Assembly: GCA_963790475.1 (NCBI GenBank)
Contig: CAWBOS010000013.1
Location: 128,001 to 192,000 of the forward strand
Direction of reading: 5' to 3'
DNA from: an uncultured delta proteobacterium
Lineage (GTDB): Bacteria; Desulfobacterota; RBG-13-43-22
Length of the DNA stretch: 64,000 bases
A program made the position numbers and the translations under genes. The notes beneath the pieces were generated by a model. It saw nothing but the letters and a program-made list of their open reading frames with translations. It did not search any database and was not told where the DNA came from. Positions 20,501 through 30,490 of the stretch are shown here, piece by piece. Positions within the stretch are counted from its first letter, which is position 1. Every line of letters begins with the position of its first letter.

Positions 20501-22032
20501 CAATCGGACTCCTGGCCGATGGCCGGAATAACGGCATCGACTTCGATGATAAATTCACTGCCGGGGATCGGTTCCGGGCGGCGGCGCCCGCTTTGATCCG
20601 GCTCACCCAGGGCCATTCGGATACATTCTATGGCCTTGACCCGACCGGCTTCGGCTATCACCCGTACCGGATTGGTCAGGGTCATGATCTCGATTCCCTC
20701 GGCCTGGCATTCTTCAATCTCTTCGGCATTGGCCGGCATCTCTTCCAGACTGCGCCGGTAGATAATGAAAGGATGGGCGCTGCCGGTGCGCAGGGCGGTG
20801 CGCACCGCATCCATGGCCACATTACCGCCACCGACCACCGCCACCCGGTCTCCCAGTTTGATCCGGTTGCCGAGATTGACTTCCCGGAGGAAGTCGAGAC
20901 CCGGATAGACCCCCGGCAGATCTTCCCCTTCGATGCCCAGGGCCTTGCAGGCCTGGGATCCGATCCCCAGAAAGAAGGCCCCATACCCCTGATGGCGCAG
21001 TTGGCCGATAGTAAAATCCTTGCCGATCTCCAGCCCGGTTTTGAACTCCACACCCAGATCACGGATGGTCTGGATTTCCGCTTCGATGATGTTACGAGGC
21101 AACCGGTAGGCGGGAATACCAACGGTCAACATTCCCCCCAGAACGGGCAGTTTTTCAAAAACCGTGACCGCATATCCCTCTATGGCCAGAAAGTAGGCGC
21201 AGGTCAAACCGGCCGGTCCGGCGCCGATGATGGCCACCTTTTCCGGTCTGGGTTCTTTTTTCTGAGGCAAAAAGGGAGGGCCGCTTTTCTGGTCCCAGTC
21301 GGCCAAGAACCGGTGGAGATTCATGATCGCCAATGGTTCATCGACCGACTGGCGGGTGCAGGCCGCTTCGCAAGGGTGATGACAAACCCGTCCGCAAACA
21401 CCGGGAAAAGGATGGTCTTTTTTAAAAAGCTCCATGGCCTCCCGGTATTTTTCGGTGTTCATAAGGGCAATATACCCCTGAACACTCACATGAGCCGGAC
21501 AAGTAACCCGGCAGGGGGCGTTTCCACGCTTGCTGATGGCATATCCACCGGGAATCGCCTGGGGATATTTTTTAAAGGCGGCCTTGCGCTTGGATAGACC
21601 TTGATCATATTCGTTGGGCAGCTCTATGGGGCAGACCTTGCTGCATTCACCGCAGCTGGTGCATTTGGATAAGTCCACGAAGCGGGGCTGTTGCCGGAGT
21701 CGGGCCTTGAAAAGACCCTGCTCTCCATCCAATCCCAGGACTTCGGTATTAGTCAGAATTTCGATGTTCAGATGCCGGCCGACCTCGACCAGTTTAGGCG
21801 AGATAATTCACATGGCGCAGTCATTGGTGGGAAAGGTCTTATCCAACTGAGACATCAATCCGCCGATGGCCGATGAGTGCTCGACCAGGTAGACATAGTA
21901 CCCGGAATTGGCCAGGTCCAGTGCTGATTGCATTCCGGCGATGCCTCCCCCGACCACCATGACCGCCCCGACGAAACTTGGTCCTTCGCTCACGACCGCA
22001 GGTGTTAGGCCTTTTTTGGTTTTCGATTCCAT
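17550..22032 (-). CDS. hdrA: HdrL-type large heterodisulfide reductase A protein (HdrA + NAD(P)H/GltD-like domain + second HdrA module), selenoprotein; several apparent frameshifts
   Basis: GGGIAG...[24 protein letters not shown] (TGA at 21808-21810, in frame with the next ORF); [14 protein letters not shown] GltD core; QCIGSRD...CSSVCC; VYVCNCG; GGGVAG; QCVGSR...CSRICC; C-terminal 2x[4Fe-4S]. Extra bases near 19657, 19613, 18760, 17890. Confidence 0.85.
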
Positions 22033-22044
22033 TTTACCTTCCCT

Positions 22045-22917
22045 CTAAATCCCTTCGATGATTTCCGGCAGTTTATGTCTCCCATCCCAGAGTGGAAAGA
22101 TAGGCGCCGCTGTACCCCTGATTCTTGAGTTCCCTAACCGTTTCCGCTGCAATCCTGGACACACTCGCGCACCTTGTCCGGTGCCCGGTCAATCCGGTCT
22201 ATAACGGCTTCCGGTATATGAATATGGGGCAGGTTACGGAGGATGTATCGGGCCATCCCCAACGGACTTGAGCAGCATGACCGTGGGAATAATGGCCACC
22301 TTTCGGAGATCGATCCTTTTTTGGTACGGTTCGAGCAAAGATAAGTCGAAGAGGGGGGAAGTGACGAAAAAGCGCGCCCCGGCCTCGACCTTTTTCATCA
22401 TCTCTTCCACTTCCATCTCCGTCGATTTTCCCTTGGATCCGGCATCGGCGGTGGAACCGATAAAAAAGTCCGGTGCACCCCTGAGTTCGATGCCGGCCAT
22501 ATCCCGACCTTTGTTGAGCCGGTCGATGGCCCTAATCAACTCGATGAGGTCGATATCAAATACCGAACGGGCCTGGTGATGATCCCCGAAGCTGAGATCT
22601 TCACCGCCGACCGCCATGACGGTGGTGATCCCCAGGGCGTGGGCCGCCAGTAAATCACCCTGAATAGCCAAACGGTTTCGGTCCCGGCAGCACACCTGAA
22701 ATACCGTCGGCAGATCTTCGTTCTGCAAGACCATGGCCCCTCCCAGGGAACTCATTCGCATGACGGCATTACTCATCTCCGGCACAACGAAGGCATCGAT
22801 CCCCTCTTTGACTCTTTTGGCATTGGACAGCATGTCAGAGACATCCACCCCTTTTGGTGGTTCCATTTCTGCCAAAACAATAAATTCTCCCGCCTCGATT
22901 TTGTCCTTTAACCCCAT
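22045..22917 (-). CDS. Second MetF-like methylenetetrahydrofolate reductase (frameshifts in the 3' end)
   Basis: EMEPPKG, RDRNRLAIQGDL, KKVEAGARF; continues LKSVG/MARY..., STLGWE..LPEII in shifted frames to TAG at 22045. Confidence 0.75.
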
Positions 22918-22999
22918 GGCTGCCTCCGATTTTTATTAAGTAATAGAGTCCTGAAAAAGCACAGGAAAGTCGAACCTTGAGTCACACTAATCATTCATT

Positions 23000-23015
23000 A
23001 ACAAAAAGTGTGCCA
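23000..23015 (-). promoter_or_regulatory. sigma54 (-24/-12) promoter of the metF2-hdrL operon
   Basis: TGGCAC-ACTTT-TTGTT on the minus strand (consensus TGGCAC-N5-TTGC). Confidence 0.65.
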
Positions 23016-23117
23016 TAATGAGAATAATTCCTTTAAATTAGTTTATTTTTGTGAATTCAATATGTTAAAATAAATAAATTAGAACCAGTGATCATTGTTG
23101 AAATTTTCTTTAAACTA

Positions 23118-23203
23118 TGCCATTATGGCCTATTGTATTTTTATTTTATTTGATATCAAAATGTTAGTCTAATGATGCCATTTCGGCACAGGCCATTATG
23201 GCA
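23118..23203. promoter_or_regulatory. Repeated palindromic enhancer-like sites and IHF box
   Basis: TGCCATTATGGCC at 23118, TGCCATTTCGGCA at 23176, GGCCATTATGGCA at 23191; TATCAA-N4-TTA at 23154-23166. Confidence 0.55.
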
Positions 23204-23235
23204 CATAGGGGGAGGTTGCCATTTCAGCCCGGATA

Positions 23236-24591
23236 TTGATTGTCGACGATGACTGGGATTTTCTTGAATTAATGAAAGCGCGGTTGGCCGGGGCCGGTTT
23301 TCAACAGGTGCGCATCGAGGATGATCCCTTAAAGGCAGCGGAAATGATACAAGCGGAAGAGGTCTTCGACATCGCTCTGATAGATATAACCATGCCGGAA
23401 ATGGACGGACTTCAGTTGCTGGACATGGTCAAGAACAACAGCCCCAGGACCGAGTGCATCATGGTTACCGCGGTGAACGATGTGCGGGTGGCTGTCCAGT
23501 GTATCAGAAAAGGGGCCTACGATTATTTAGTCAAACCGATCAGTGAAGAGGACCTTGTCTTTTCCCTCAGGCGGACCCTCGAAAAAAAGCGGCTTCTCGA
23601 AATTCTGGACATTGAAAAAAGCAAGGTCTTGCCGGTTCTGTCCCACCCCGAGGCCTTCCAATCCATCAGTACACGGTCTCCTTCCATGATGCGCTTGCTC
23701 AAAGAGGCCGAATTGCACGCCGGCAGCGATGTGCCTATTCTGATTACCGGGGAAAGCGGCACCGGCAAAGAACTTCTGGCCCGGGCGATTCACGCGGTAA
23801 GCCCCCGCGCCCGTTACCCCTTTATGCCGGTCAACATGGCGGCGATCAATCCCGGTCTCTTCGAGGCTGAATTTTTCGGCCATACCCGGGGCGCTTTTAC
23901 CGGCGCTGAAAAAGAGCGGGCCGGATATTTGAAGCATGCCAATCATGGCACCTTGTTTCTGGATGAGATCGGGAATCTCCCTCTGGAAATGCAAGGAAAA
24001 TTATTAAGGGTACTCCAGGATGGTGAATATACCCCTTTAGGATCCAGTGTCGCTCAAAAAGTCGATGTGCGGTTTGTGACCGCCACCAATGAAAACCTGG
24101 AAATGCTGATATCCGGGAAAAACTTTCGCAAGGACCTGTACTATCGAATCCGGGGAGGCTGGCTGCACCTGCCGCCGTTACGGGAAAGACCGGAAGACAT
24201 CCCCCTGCTGGTAGACCGTTTTCTGGATGAATACCGGAATGGAGGACCGCACTGTCATTTAGAAGAAGAGGCCTTTAAACTTCTCTGCCAATACGACTAC
24301 CCCGGTAACATCAGGGAACTGAAATCCATCATCCAGTCTGCCGTAAATCTCGCCCAGGGGGAAGCCATTACTTCCAGCATGTTCCCGGCTCCCTTGCGGG
24401 AGATTCCGCTCATCTTTCCTGTAGAACCGCAAAGGGAGTCTACCGCCATCATCCCCCTTTCCGAATATGAAAGGGCCTATATCATTAAAGTCTACCGGCA
24501 GCTACACCAGAATAAATCTCAAACTTCCCGCCTTCTGGGAATAGGGATGAACACCCTGCGACGAAAATTGAAATCCTTTAATATCCCATGA
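23236..24591 (+). CDS. sigma54-dependent NtrC-family response regulator
   Basis: REC, GESGTGKE, GAFTGA, LFLDEIG, YPGNIREL, C-terminal HTH; true start probably slightly upstream. Confidence 0.92.
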   Translation: MIVDDDWDFLELMKARLAGAGFQQVRIEDDPLKAAEMIQAEEVFDIALIDITMPEMDGLQLLDMVKNNSPRTECIMVTAVNDVRVAVQCIRKGAYDYLVKPISEEDLVFSLRRTLEKKRLLEILDIEKSKVLPVLSHPEAFQSISTRSPSMMRLLKEAELHAGSDVPILITGESGTGKELLARAIHAVSPRARYPFMPVNMAAINPGLFEAEFFGHTRGAFTGAEKERAGYLKHANHGTLFLDEIGNLPLEMQGKLLRVLQDGEYTPLGSSVAQKVDVRFVTATNENLEMLISGKNFRKDLYYRIRGGWLHLPPLRERPEDIPLLVDRFLDEYRNGGPHCHLEEEAFKLLCQYDYPGNIRELKSIIQSAVNLAQGEAITSSMFPAPLREIPLIFPVEPQRESTAIIPLSEYERAYIIKVYRQLHQNKSQTSRLLGIGMNTLRRKLKSFNIP

Positions 24592-24803
24592 CCGGCTGTC
24601 ATCGTCGGCTGGGGCCTGAAAACGGAGATGAACCCGGCCATTTCATAATTTCGGATAGTGCCTTGTTAATTACGAGTCTCATTATAGTCTTGACCTGAAA
24701 CGGAGGACTTGCATTAAATAGGACGAAGGCTTCTCCTGGGAGTCAATATTATTCTGAGACCGTTAAGAACAGAAAGAGTCCCTCTCCTAAGAAGGAAAAA
24801 AGA

Positions 24804-25289
24804 ATGAAAAAAATCAAACTGGGTGGGATTATTGAGCACAAAGGTCTGAGCCTGGTCAGTATAGAGAATATCCCCGACCGCCCCGGTATTGCCGGTTTTA
24901 CTTTCCAAACCCTGAGTCAGCGGGGTATAAACATCGAATTTATCATCCACTGTCTAAATCAGAAGGGATTAAGCCAAGTTATTTTTTGCGTGTCCCATGC
25001 CCAGAAGGAAGAGACCATGGTGGTTTTGAATGAAATCAAGTCCCGGATCGGGAATCCGGATTTTCTGGTTGACTCCGATATTGCGGTTGTCTCCATTTTC
25101 GGACCCCATTTCCGGGAACGTCCCGGCATCGCCGGTACTTTCTTCGCCGCCTTAAATTCAAAGGGCATTAATATCCGGGCTATCAGCACTTCCATCTCGA
25201 CCTGTTCCTGTGTTATCTCCTCCCAGGATCTGTTAGGCGCGGTCAAGGCCATTGGGGAATCCTTTGATGTGCCCGGCGGTGAGGAATAG
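24804..25289 (+). CDS. Tandem ACT-domain protein (aspartokinase beta-like)
   Basis: DRPGIAG..F..L...GINI pattern twice. Confidence 0.75.
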   Translation: MKKIKLGGIIEHKGLSLVSIENIPDRPGIAGFTFQTLSQRGINIEFIIHCLNQKGLSQVIFCVSHAQKEETMVVLNEIKSRIGNPDFLVDSDIAVVSIFGPHFRERPGIAGTFFAALNSKGINIRAISTSISTCSCVISSQDLLGAVKAIGESFDVPGGEE

Positions 25290-25452
25290 TCAGAAGGTCT
25301 ATGGAAGATGAATCAGTCAGCAGGGAAGGTCTTGAATAATTGGAATCAAATTTAAAGGTTTTGAACTTGTGTTTTGATATAAAAAATGTTAGGATTTGAC
25401 AAACTTAAAATTGAAAATTTAGAATTTAGGTCTCATTCAACAAGGAGGTTTA

Positions 25453-25839
25453 ATGGAGAAGAAAAGAATTCTGATCGTTGATGATGATCCGGATCTGGTG
25501 GAAACCGTCAGTATGATGCTTGAGTCCAAGGGGTTTGCTCCCCTTCCTGCCTACGGCGGAATAGAGGGGTTGGAAAAAGCCCGAGTGGAAAAACCTGATT
25601 TGATCGTTCTTGACGTCATGATGCCCGATAAGGATGGTTATGCGGTTTGCAATGAGCTAAAAAAAGACCCGGTGTTAAAAGAAATCCCGATTATACTTCT
25701 GACCGCAATCGGGGATCATATTACCTCCACTACTTATACTTTACGGGGGGGAATGGAAACCTTTGCCGACGATTTCTTTCAGAAACCGGTTAATACTCAA
25801 GCTTTGGTCAATCGAATCGGAGAGTTGCTAAAGGGATAA
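25453..25839 (+). CDS. Single-domain response regulator (paralog of 14993-15385)
   Basis: IVDDD, LDVMMPDKDGYAVC, PIILLTA, KP. Confidence 0.9.
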   Translation: MEKKRILIVDDDPDLVETVSMMLESKGFAPLPAYGGIEGLEKARVEKPDLIVLDVMMPDKDGYAVCNELKKDPVLKEIPIILLTAIGDHITSTTYTLRGGMETFADDFFQKPVNTQALVNRIGELLKG

Positions 25840-25984
25840 TTATCGCTGTTTTTTTGAAGAAATGGGGTGATGGTTTGGAAAAATACTCGAGGCCATCATT
25901 TCATTTCTCTTTATATCTCCTTCCCGCCAATCTCTGGGGTTAAAGATAATTCCTCAAATAAAAAGATATATTCATCTCACCCTT

Positions 25985-26139
25985 GATGAGTTCGTGGAAA
26001 GTCACCAGAGGCGCCACCCCGGCGAACCCCGGATCAGGTCCGGGGCAGGCGCCGGTGCCCATAACTAAGTGAATTTTATTGATTATTAATTTAATCGGAA
26101 TGACGGAAATGGGATTTTGACGACTTTCTACGAATCTAT
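25985..26139. repeat. MITE-like element with terminal inverted repeats
   Basis: Left TTCGTGGAAAGTC, right GACTTTCTACGAA; internal hairpin ccccgga-tcagg-tccgggg; same end motif as 6461. Confidence 0.6.
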
Positions 26140-26250
26140 AGCTTCAATTTCTTCACTCAATTTTTTTCCCCCCTGGTTATTTTTCTAAACTTTTTAGAAA
26201 AGAATCCCGATAAATATAATCAGAAAACTTAATAATATTATGTATGAAGG

Positions 26251-26592
26251 ATGGCGCTGGTGGCAATCTCTGTTCCCTTCGAAACCCTTGAGCCGGGAAT
26301 GGTATTAGCTGAACCGGTTTTAAACCGGATGGGACAAATTCTATTGAGCAAAGGGAGTGAATTGTCTCCCCGACATTTAACGGTATTGAGAACTTGGGGA
26401 ATTTCAGCGGTGGTCATTGAAGGCGAAGAAACCGAGGGCCGGGACCCCATTGTGGACGAAGCAATCCAAAAACGTGCCCTGACCAGAATAAAAATGCGCT
26501 TGTTTTGGCATCCCCAAAGTCCGTTAGAGAAAGAAATTTTTGATCTGGCCGTTCAGCAGGCTGTTCAACGTTCCTTGCAGGGAAGTTTTTAG
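26251..26592 (+). CDS. Hypothetical protein of the type found next to HDOD/HD-GYP genes
   Basis: LEPGMVLAEPV...GQILLSKG..L...L..WGI..V pattern. Confidence 0.65.
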   Translation: MALVAISVPFETLEPGMVLAEPVLNRMGQILLSKGSELSPRHLTVLRTWGISAVVIEGEETEGRDPIVDEAIQKRALTRIKMRLFWHPQSPLEKEIFDLAVQQAVQRSLQGSF

Positions 26593-26621
26593 GAACCCGG
26601 CGAGGAGATTTTAATATATAA

Positions 26622-26662
26622 CCTTTGGCCGTCCCCGCCTCTCCAGAAGGGACGGCCAAAGG
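26622..26662. other. 14-bp perfect intergenic stem-loop
   Basis: cctttggccgtccc (26622-26635) / gggacggccaaagg (26649-26662). Confidence 0.7.
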
Positions 26663-26692
26663 ATGAAGTTGGTCTGAGAGGAAACCGTTATT

Positions 26693-27535
26693 ATGGAGAT
26701 AGCAAGCCAGCTCATTAAAAATATTAAAGAATTTTCAACCCTGCCTACCGTTTACTCCTCTTTAGTGGATACCCTGACCGATCCCAAGTCAACCACGGAA
26801 GATGTTTGCAATATCATTACCTGCGACCAAGCCTCGACCACTAAAGTTCTAAAAGTCGTTAATTCTCCTTTTTATGGTTTTTCCGGGCAGATTGACACGG
26901 TTTCCCGGGCCATCGTCATTCTTGGTTTCAATGAAATATATAATCTAATTCTGGCCTCTTACATCATGGATTTTTTCTTAAAAAAAGATGCCGTTTTAGA
27001 TTTTCGGCCTGTGGATTTTTGGGGACATTCGATCGCCGTGGGGATAGCCACCAGGCTGATTGGACAGACTCAGGGTCTTCCAAGTCAGGAAAATTTTTTC
27101 GTAACCGGTATATTACATGATATCGGTAAATTGGTTTTTTTTGAATTTTCAGAAGATCAATTTGCGGCCGCCCTGGCCCTTTCCAAAAGAACTCAACAAT
27201 CCCTCCATGTTTCCGAGATGGCGGTTTTCGGAATGGATCACTCCGAGACGGGAGCGCTCATCGCTGAAAGGTGGCGGTTCCCCTCTTCTATAATCCAAGC
27301 CATCCGCCATCACCAGATTGGAATCGTCCCGGGAAAAAACGACGGATTGACCGCCGCCGTTCACCTGGGGAATATTTTTTGCCGGGCCTTGGAATTGGGT
27401 TATCCGGGAGATGATTTCATCCCTCAGCCCAATCCTGAGGCCATGGAAATCATAAACGCCCAAGCGGGACTGCTGAAAGAAATAACACCCTCTCTGCTGA
27501 AAAATTATGAAGAGACCACCCAATTCCTTTTATAA
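26693..27535 (+). CDS. HDOD-domain protein
   Basis: TLP.V, KVLKVVNSPFYG, FWGHS, GILHDIGKL, GMDHSE.G, W.FP, IRHH. Confidence 0.9.
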   Translation: MEIASQLIKNIKEFSTLPTVYSSLVDTLTDPKSTTEDVCNIITCDQASTTKVLKVVNSPFYGFSGQIDTVSRAIVILGFNEIYNLILASYIMDFFLKKDAVLDFRPVDFWGHSIAVGIATRLIGQTQGLPSQENFFVTGILHDIGKLVFFEFSEDQFAAALALSKRTQQSLHVSEMAVFGMDHSETGALIAERWRFPSSIIQAIRHHQIGIVPGKNDGLTAAVHLGNIFCRALELGYPGDDFIPQPNPEAMEIINAQAGLLKEITPSLLKNYEETTQFLL

Positions 27536-27555
27536 AGAGATAAAGGTCTGAGAAT

Positions 27556-28002
27556 GTGATTTCAATCAATACGGCTTTCAATATTGATAAGGAGGAAGAG
27601 AGGAACCTGGACTGGGAACGCTTTCTGCAAGTCATGGTCTCTCATCTGGAAAATGGTTCTGCCCCGGAATTCGATTTCAACGGGTTTCGCTCTCACCTGG
27701 AGGTCTTTTTAAATTTGCCTTTCTGCCTGTCAGCCTCCCTTTTTTTAATTAACGAGGGAACTTTTGAATTTAATCACCTCTTCTCCTGTCCCGACTTGAA
27801 GGACGATTTAGCTCAAAAGCCATTTGCTGCCCTGGTGTATCAGGGGAAGATCGCTGAGGCCCTGAATTCCAATCAGGGATACTTAACCGGTCCCCATCAG
27901 GGCTTAATGAATGGAACTCATTTTCTCATCATGCCTGGGCCATTTCAGTTAAAGCCTGAGACAACTTCCTTAAGCCCCTTGCCTTTACTCTTCAACAATT
28001 GA
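27556..28002 (+). CDS. Hypothetical protein, possibly a truncated GAF-like sensor N-terminus
   Basis: 148-aa ORF co-oriented with HDOD; no clear motif. Confidence 0.35.
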   Translation: MISINTAFNIDKEEERNLDWERFLQVMVSHLENGSAPEFDFNGFRSHLEVFLNLPFCLSASLFLINEGTFEFNHLFSCPDLKDDLAQKPFAALVYQGKIAEALNSNQGYLTGPHQGLMNGTHFLIMPGPFQLKPETTSLSPLPLLFNN

Positions 28003-28025
28003 AACCTCTTTAAAGCTTTGCCCTT

Positions 28026-29633
28026 TTAACTGGTGACCGGCCCGGCATTCTTCACCTTGCTGGAGACCTTTGACGAAAATTGTTTAAAGTTCTCCCTGAA
28101 CCTTGCGGCCAGATCCCCGGCCTTGGCATCATATTCCCGGGGTTTCCGCCAGGTGGATCGGGCATCCAGTATTTCTTTAGGGACCCCATCACAGGATTGA
28201 GGGACCTGAAGCCGGAAAATGGGATCGGTCTGAGTGGGCAGCGCATCCAATTTCCCCGCTAAGGCCTGGTGAATCATGGCCCGGGTATAGGCGATCCTGA
28301 TCCGTTCCCCGACCCCAAAGGACCCGCCGGACATACCGGTATTGACCAGCCAGCATTTCACCTTATGGCTTTTTATCCGTTCCCCTAAAAGTCTTGCATA
28401 AACCGTCGGGGGCAAGGCCATAAAGGGGGCGCCAAAACAGGTACTGAAGGTGGCCTGGGGTTCTTTTCCCAATCCTTTTTCGGTCCCGGCCACTTTCGCG
28501 GTATAACCGGAAAGGAACTGATACATGGCCTGTTCCGGAGTTAATTTGGCGATGGGCGGCAAAACTCCAAAGGCGTCATAAGTGAGCATAATAATATTCT
28601 GGGGATGATCGGCAACACCGGAACGAATGGCCCGGGAGATATGGCTGATGGGATAAGCGGCCCGGGTATTCTCCGTGAGGGAGCCGTCATTCAGATCGAT
28701 CCGGCGGGTTTCATTGTCAATACCGACATTCTCCAGAATCGTTCCGAACCTTCGAGTGCACTCATAAATTTCAGGTTCGGCTTCAGCAGACAGACGAATG
28801 ACTTTGGCGTAACATCCCCCCTCGAAGTTAAAGATCCCCTTATCGCTCCAGCCGTGTTCGTCGTCTCCAATCAGGAGCCGTTCCGGGTCGGCGGAAAGGG
28901 TGGTCTTTCCGGTCCCTGACAGACCGAAAAAAACAGCCACGTCTCCTTTCTCACCCACATTGGCCGAACAGTGCATGGACAGGACCTTTTCCTGGGGATA
29001 GAGATAATTCAAGACGGTAAAAACTGATTTCTTGATCTCTCCGGCGTAGCTGGTCCCACCGATCAAGATCACCCTTTTTTCGAAATTGACAATGATAAAG
29101 GACTCGGAATTGGTCCCGTCCATCTCCGGCATGGCATGAAATTTGGGAATATTGATGATGGTGAATTTGGGGACATGATGAGTCAGTTCCGACCGGTCTT
29201 TGATCTGGACAAACATATTCCGGGAAAAGAGATTGTGCCAGGCGCTTTCCGTGATGATTCGGATCGGCACCTGATATTTGGGGTCGGCCCCGGCATAGCA
29301 ATCCTGGACAAAGACATCCTTGCCCTGGAGATAAGCCAGCATCCGGAAATAGAGTACTTCAAATTTTTCCGGCTCCATAGGCATATTGACCGGACTCCAC
29401 CAGATCTTCTTCTTGCTGGTCTTTTCCCGTACGATCCGTTTATCGTCGGGAGACCGCCCGGTATGGTGCCCGGTCCGCACAACAATAGCCCCCAAATGGG
29501 CCATGACCCCTTCCCGGCGGCGGACGATCTCTTCATAAAGGACCGGGGTTGGAGGATTCCAGTAAATCGTCCCTACATTTTTGATCCCATGATGCTCCAG
29601 GCTGTAATGGGGCTGCGGGTTCCTCGGGTTCAT
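28026..29633 (-). CDS. pckA: Phosphoenolpyruvate carboxykinase (ATP)
   Basis: TGRSP.DK, GGTSYAGEIKK, MHCSAN, FFGLSGTGKTTLS, LIGDDEHGW, EGGCYAK, CFGAPF. Confidence 0.97.
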   Translation of the reverse strand: MNPRNPQPHYSLEHHGIKNVGTIYWNPPTPVLYEEIVRRREGVMAHLGAIVVRTGHHTGRSPDDKRIVREKTSKKKIWWSPVNMPMEPEKFEVLYFRMLAYLQGKDVFVQDCYAGADPKYQVPIRIITESAWHNLFSRNMFVQIKDRSELTHHVPKFTIINIPKFHAMPEMDGTNSESFIIVNFEKRVILIGGTSYAGEIKKSVFTVLNYLYPQEKVLSMHCSANVGEKGDVAVFFGLSGTGKTTLSADPERLLIGDDEHGWSDKGIFNFEGGCYAKVIRLSAEAEPEIYECTRRFGTILENVGIDNETRRIDLNDGSLTENTRAAYPISHISRAIRSGVADHPQNIIMLTYDAFGVLPPIAKLTPEQAMYQFLSGYTAKVAGTEKGLGKEPQATFSTCFGAPFMALPPTVYARLLGERIKSHKVKCWLVNTGMSGGSFGVGERIRIAYTRAMIHQALAGKLDALPTQTDPIFRLQVPQSCDGVPKEILDARSTWRKPREYDAKAGDLAARFRENFKQFSSKVSSKVKNAGPVTS

Positions 29634-29725
29634 GATCCTATCTCCTCTTGGGTATTTAGTATCTTGATAGTCAGAGCTCTTATATGATTTGCAGCAATAT
29701 GCCAAAGGGTTATCTCTTCAAAAAC

Positions 29726-30028
29726 CTAAGCGGCCGTTATCATGGGGCGCACTTCAATCGCCACTTTTTCAGACAAGGCATCTTCGGCAACATCCAGGTC
29801 ATAACGAGCCTGCAGGTTTATCCAATAACGCGGACTTTGACCGAAATAACGTCCGAGACGCAAAGCCAGTTCGGCAGTTACCGGTCGTTTGCCGTTCACG
29901 AGATGATTGATACGCATGGCGGGAAGACCCAAATCCCGGGCAAGCCGGTATTGGGATAGATTCAACTCTTCTATCAAATCTTTTAGATATACTCCTGGGT
30001 GTATAGGGGAAATATGAACTTTCTTCAT
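29726..30028 (-). CDS. higA: HigA-family antitoxin
   Basis: PIHPG, HTH, TAELALRL, WINLQARYDL. Confidence 0.9.
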   Translation of the reverse strand: MKKVHISPIHPGVYLKDLIEELNLSQYRLARDLGLPAMRINHLVNGKRPVTAELALRLGRYFGQSPRYWINLQARYDLDVAEDALSEKVAIEVRPMITAA

Positions 30029-30038
30029 CGATTCTCCT

Positions 30039-30320
30039 TCAGTGATAATCAACGATTTCCACATGTTCAGCATCGCCGTCCTGCCACTTAAAACAAATAC
30101 GCCACTGATCGTTGATACGGATACTCCATTGCCCTTTCCGTTTCCCCCTCAGGGCTTCCAATCGGTTTGAAGGCAACAGGGCCAAATCTTCTAGCTGGCT
30201 TGCTGCATCAATGGAATTCAGTTTCATAAAGGCTCGTTGTTGGATGCCGCGGGGAAACTTAAAAGAAATTCGGCGATAAAATATTTTTTGGGTTTCCCGG
30301 CAACCGAACGATTTTATCAT
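30039..30320 (-). CDS. higB: HigB/RelE-family toxin (killer protein)
   Basis: MIKSF, NRLEALRG, SIRINDQWRICF, EIVDYH. Confidence 0.92.
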   Translation of the reverse strand: MIKSFGCRETQKIFYRRISFKFPRGIQQRAFMKLNSIDAASQLEDLALLPSNRLEALRGKRKGQWSIRINDQWRICFKWQDGDAEHVEIVDYH

Positions 30321-30325
30321 AGCAT

Positions 30326-30355
30326 TATAATAAACAAATTGTTTATTATAGTCAA
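30326..30355 (-). promoter_or_regulatory. higBA promoter with 12-bp palindromic operator
   Basis: TATAATAAACAA-A-TTGTTTATTATA (30326-30350) between TTGACT and TATTAT/TATAAT on the minus strand. Confidence 0.7.
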
Positions 30356-30415
30356 GAAAAATAATCCAATCCGATCATTGACAAATTCAGCCGGATATGG
30401 AATTATTCTTTCCGG

Positions 30416-30490
30416 GCCGGCGTAGCTCAGGGGTAGAGCAGCTGATTCGTAATCAGCAGGCCGCGGGTTCAAATCCCATCGCCGGCTCCA
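30416..30490 (+). tRNA. tRNA-Thr(CGT)
   Basis: Cloverleaf: GCCGGCG/CGCCGGC acceptor stem, anticodon arm GCTGA-TTCGTAA-TCAGC, GTTCAAATC T-loop, encoded CCA. Confidence 0.95.

Noticed and set aside
20593-21597. Long antisense ORFs (e.g. 20593-21597, 60092-60898, 34015-34725)
   Set aside because: Shadows of well-supported genes on the opposite strand; no motifs
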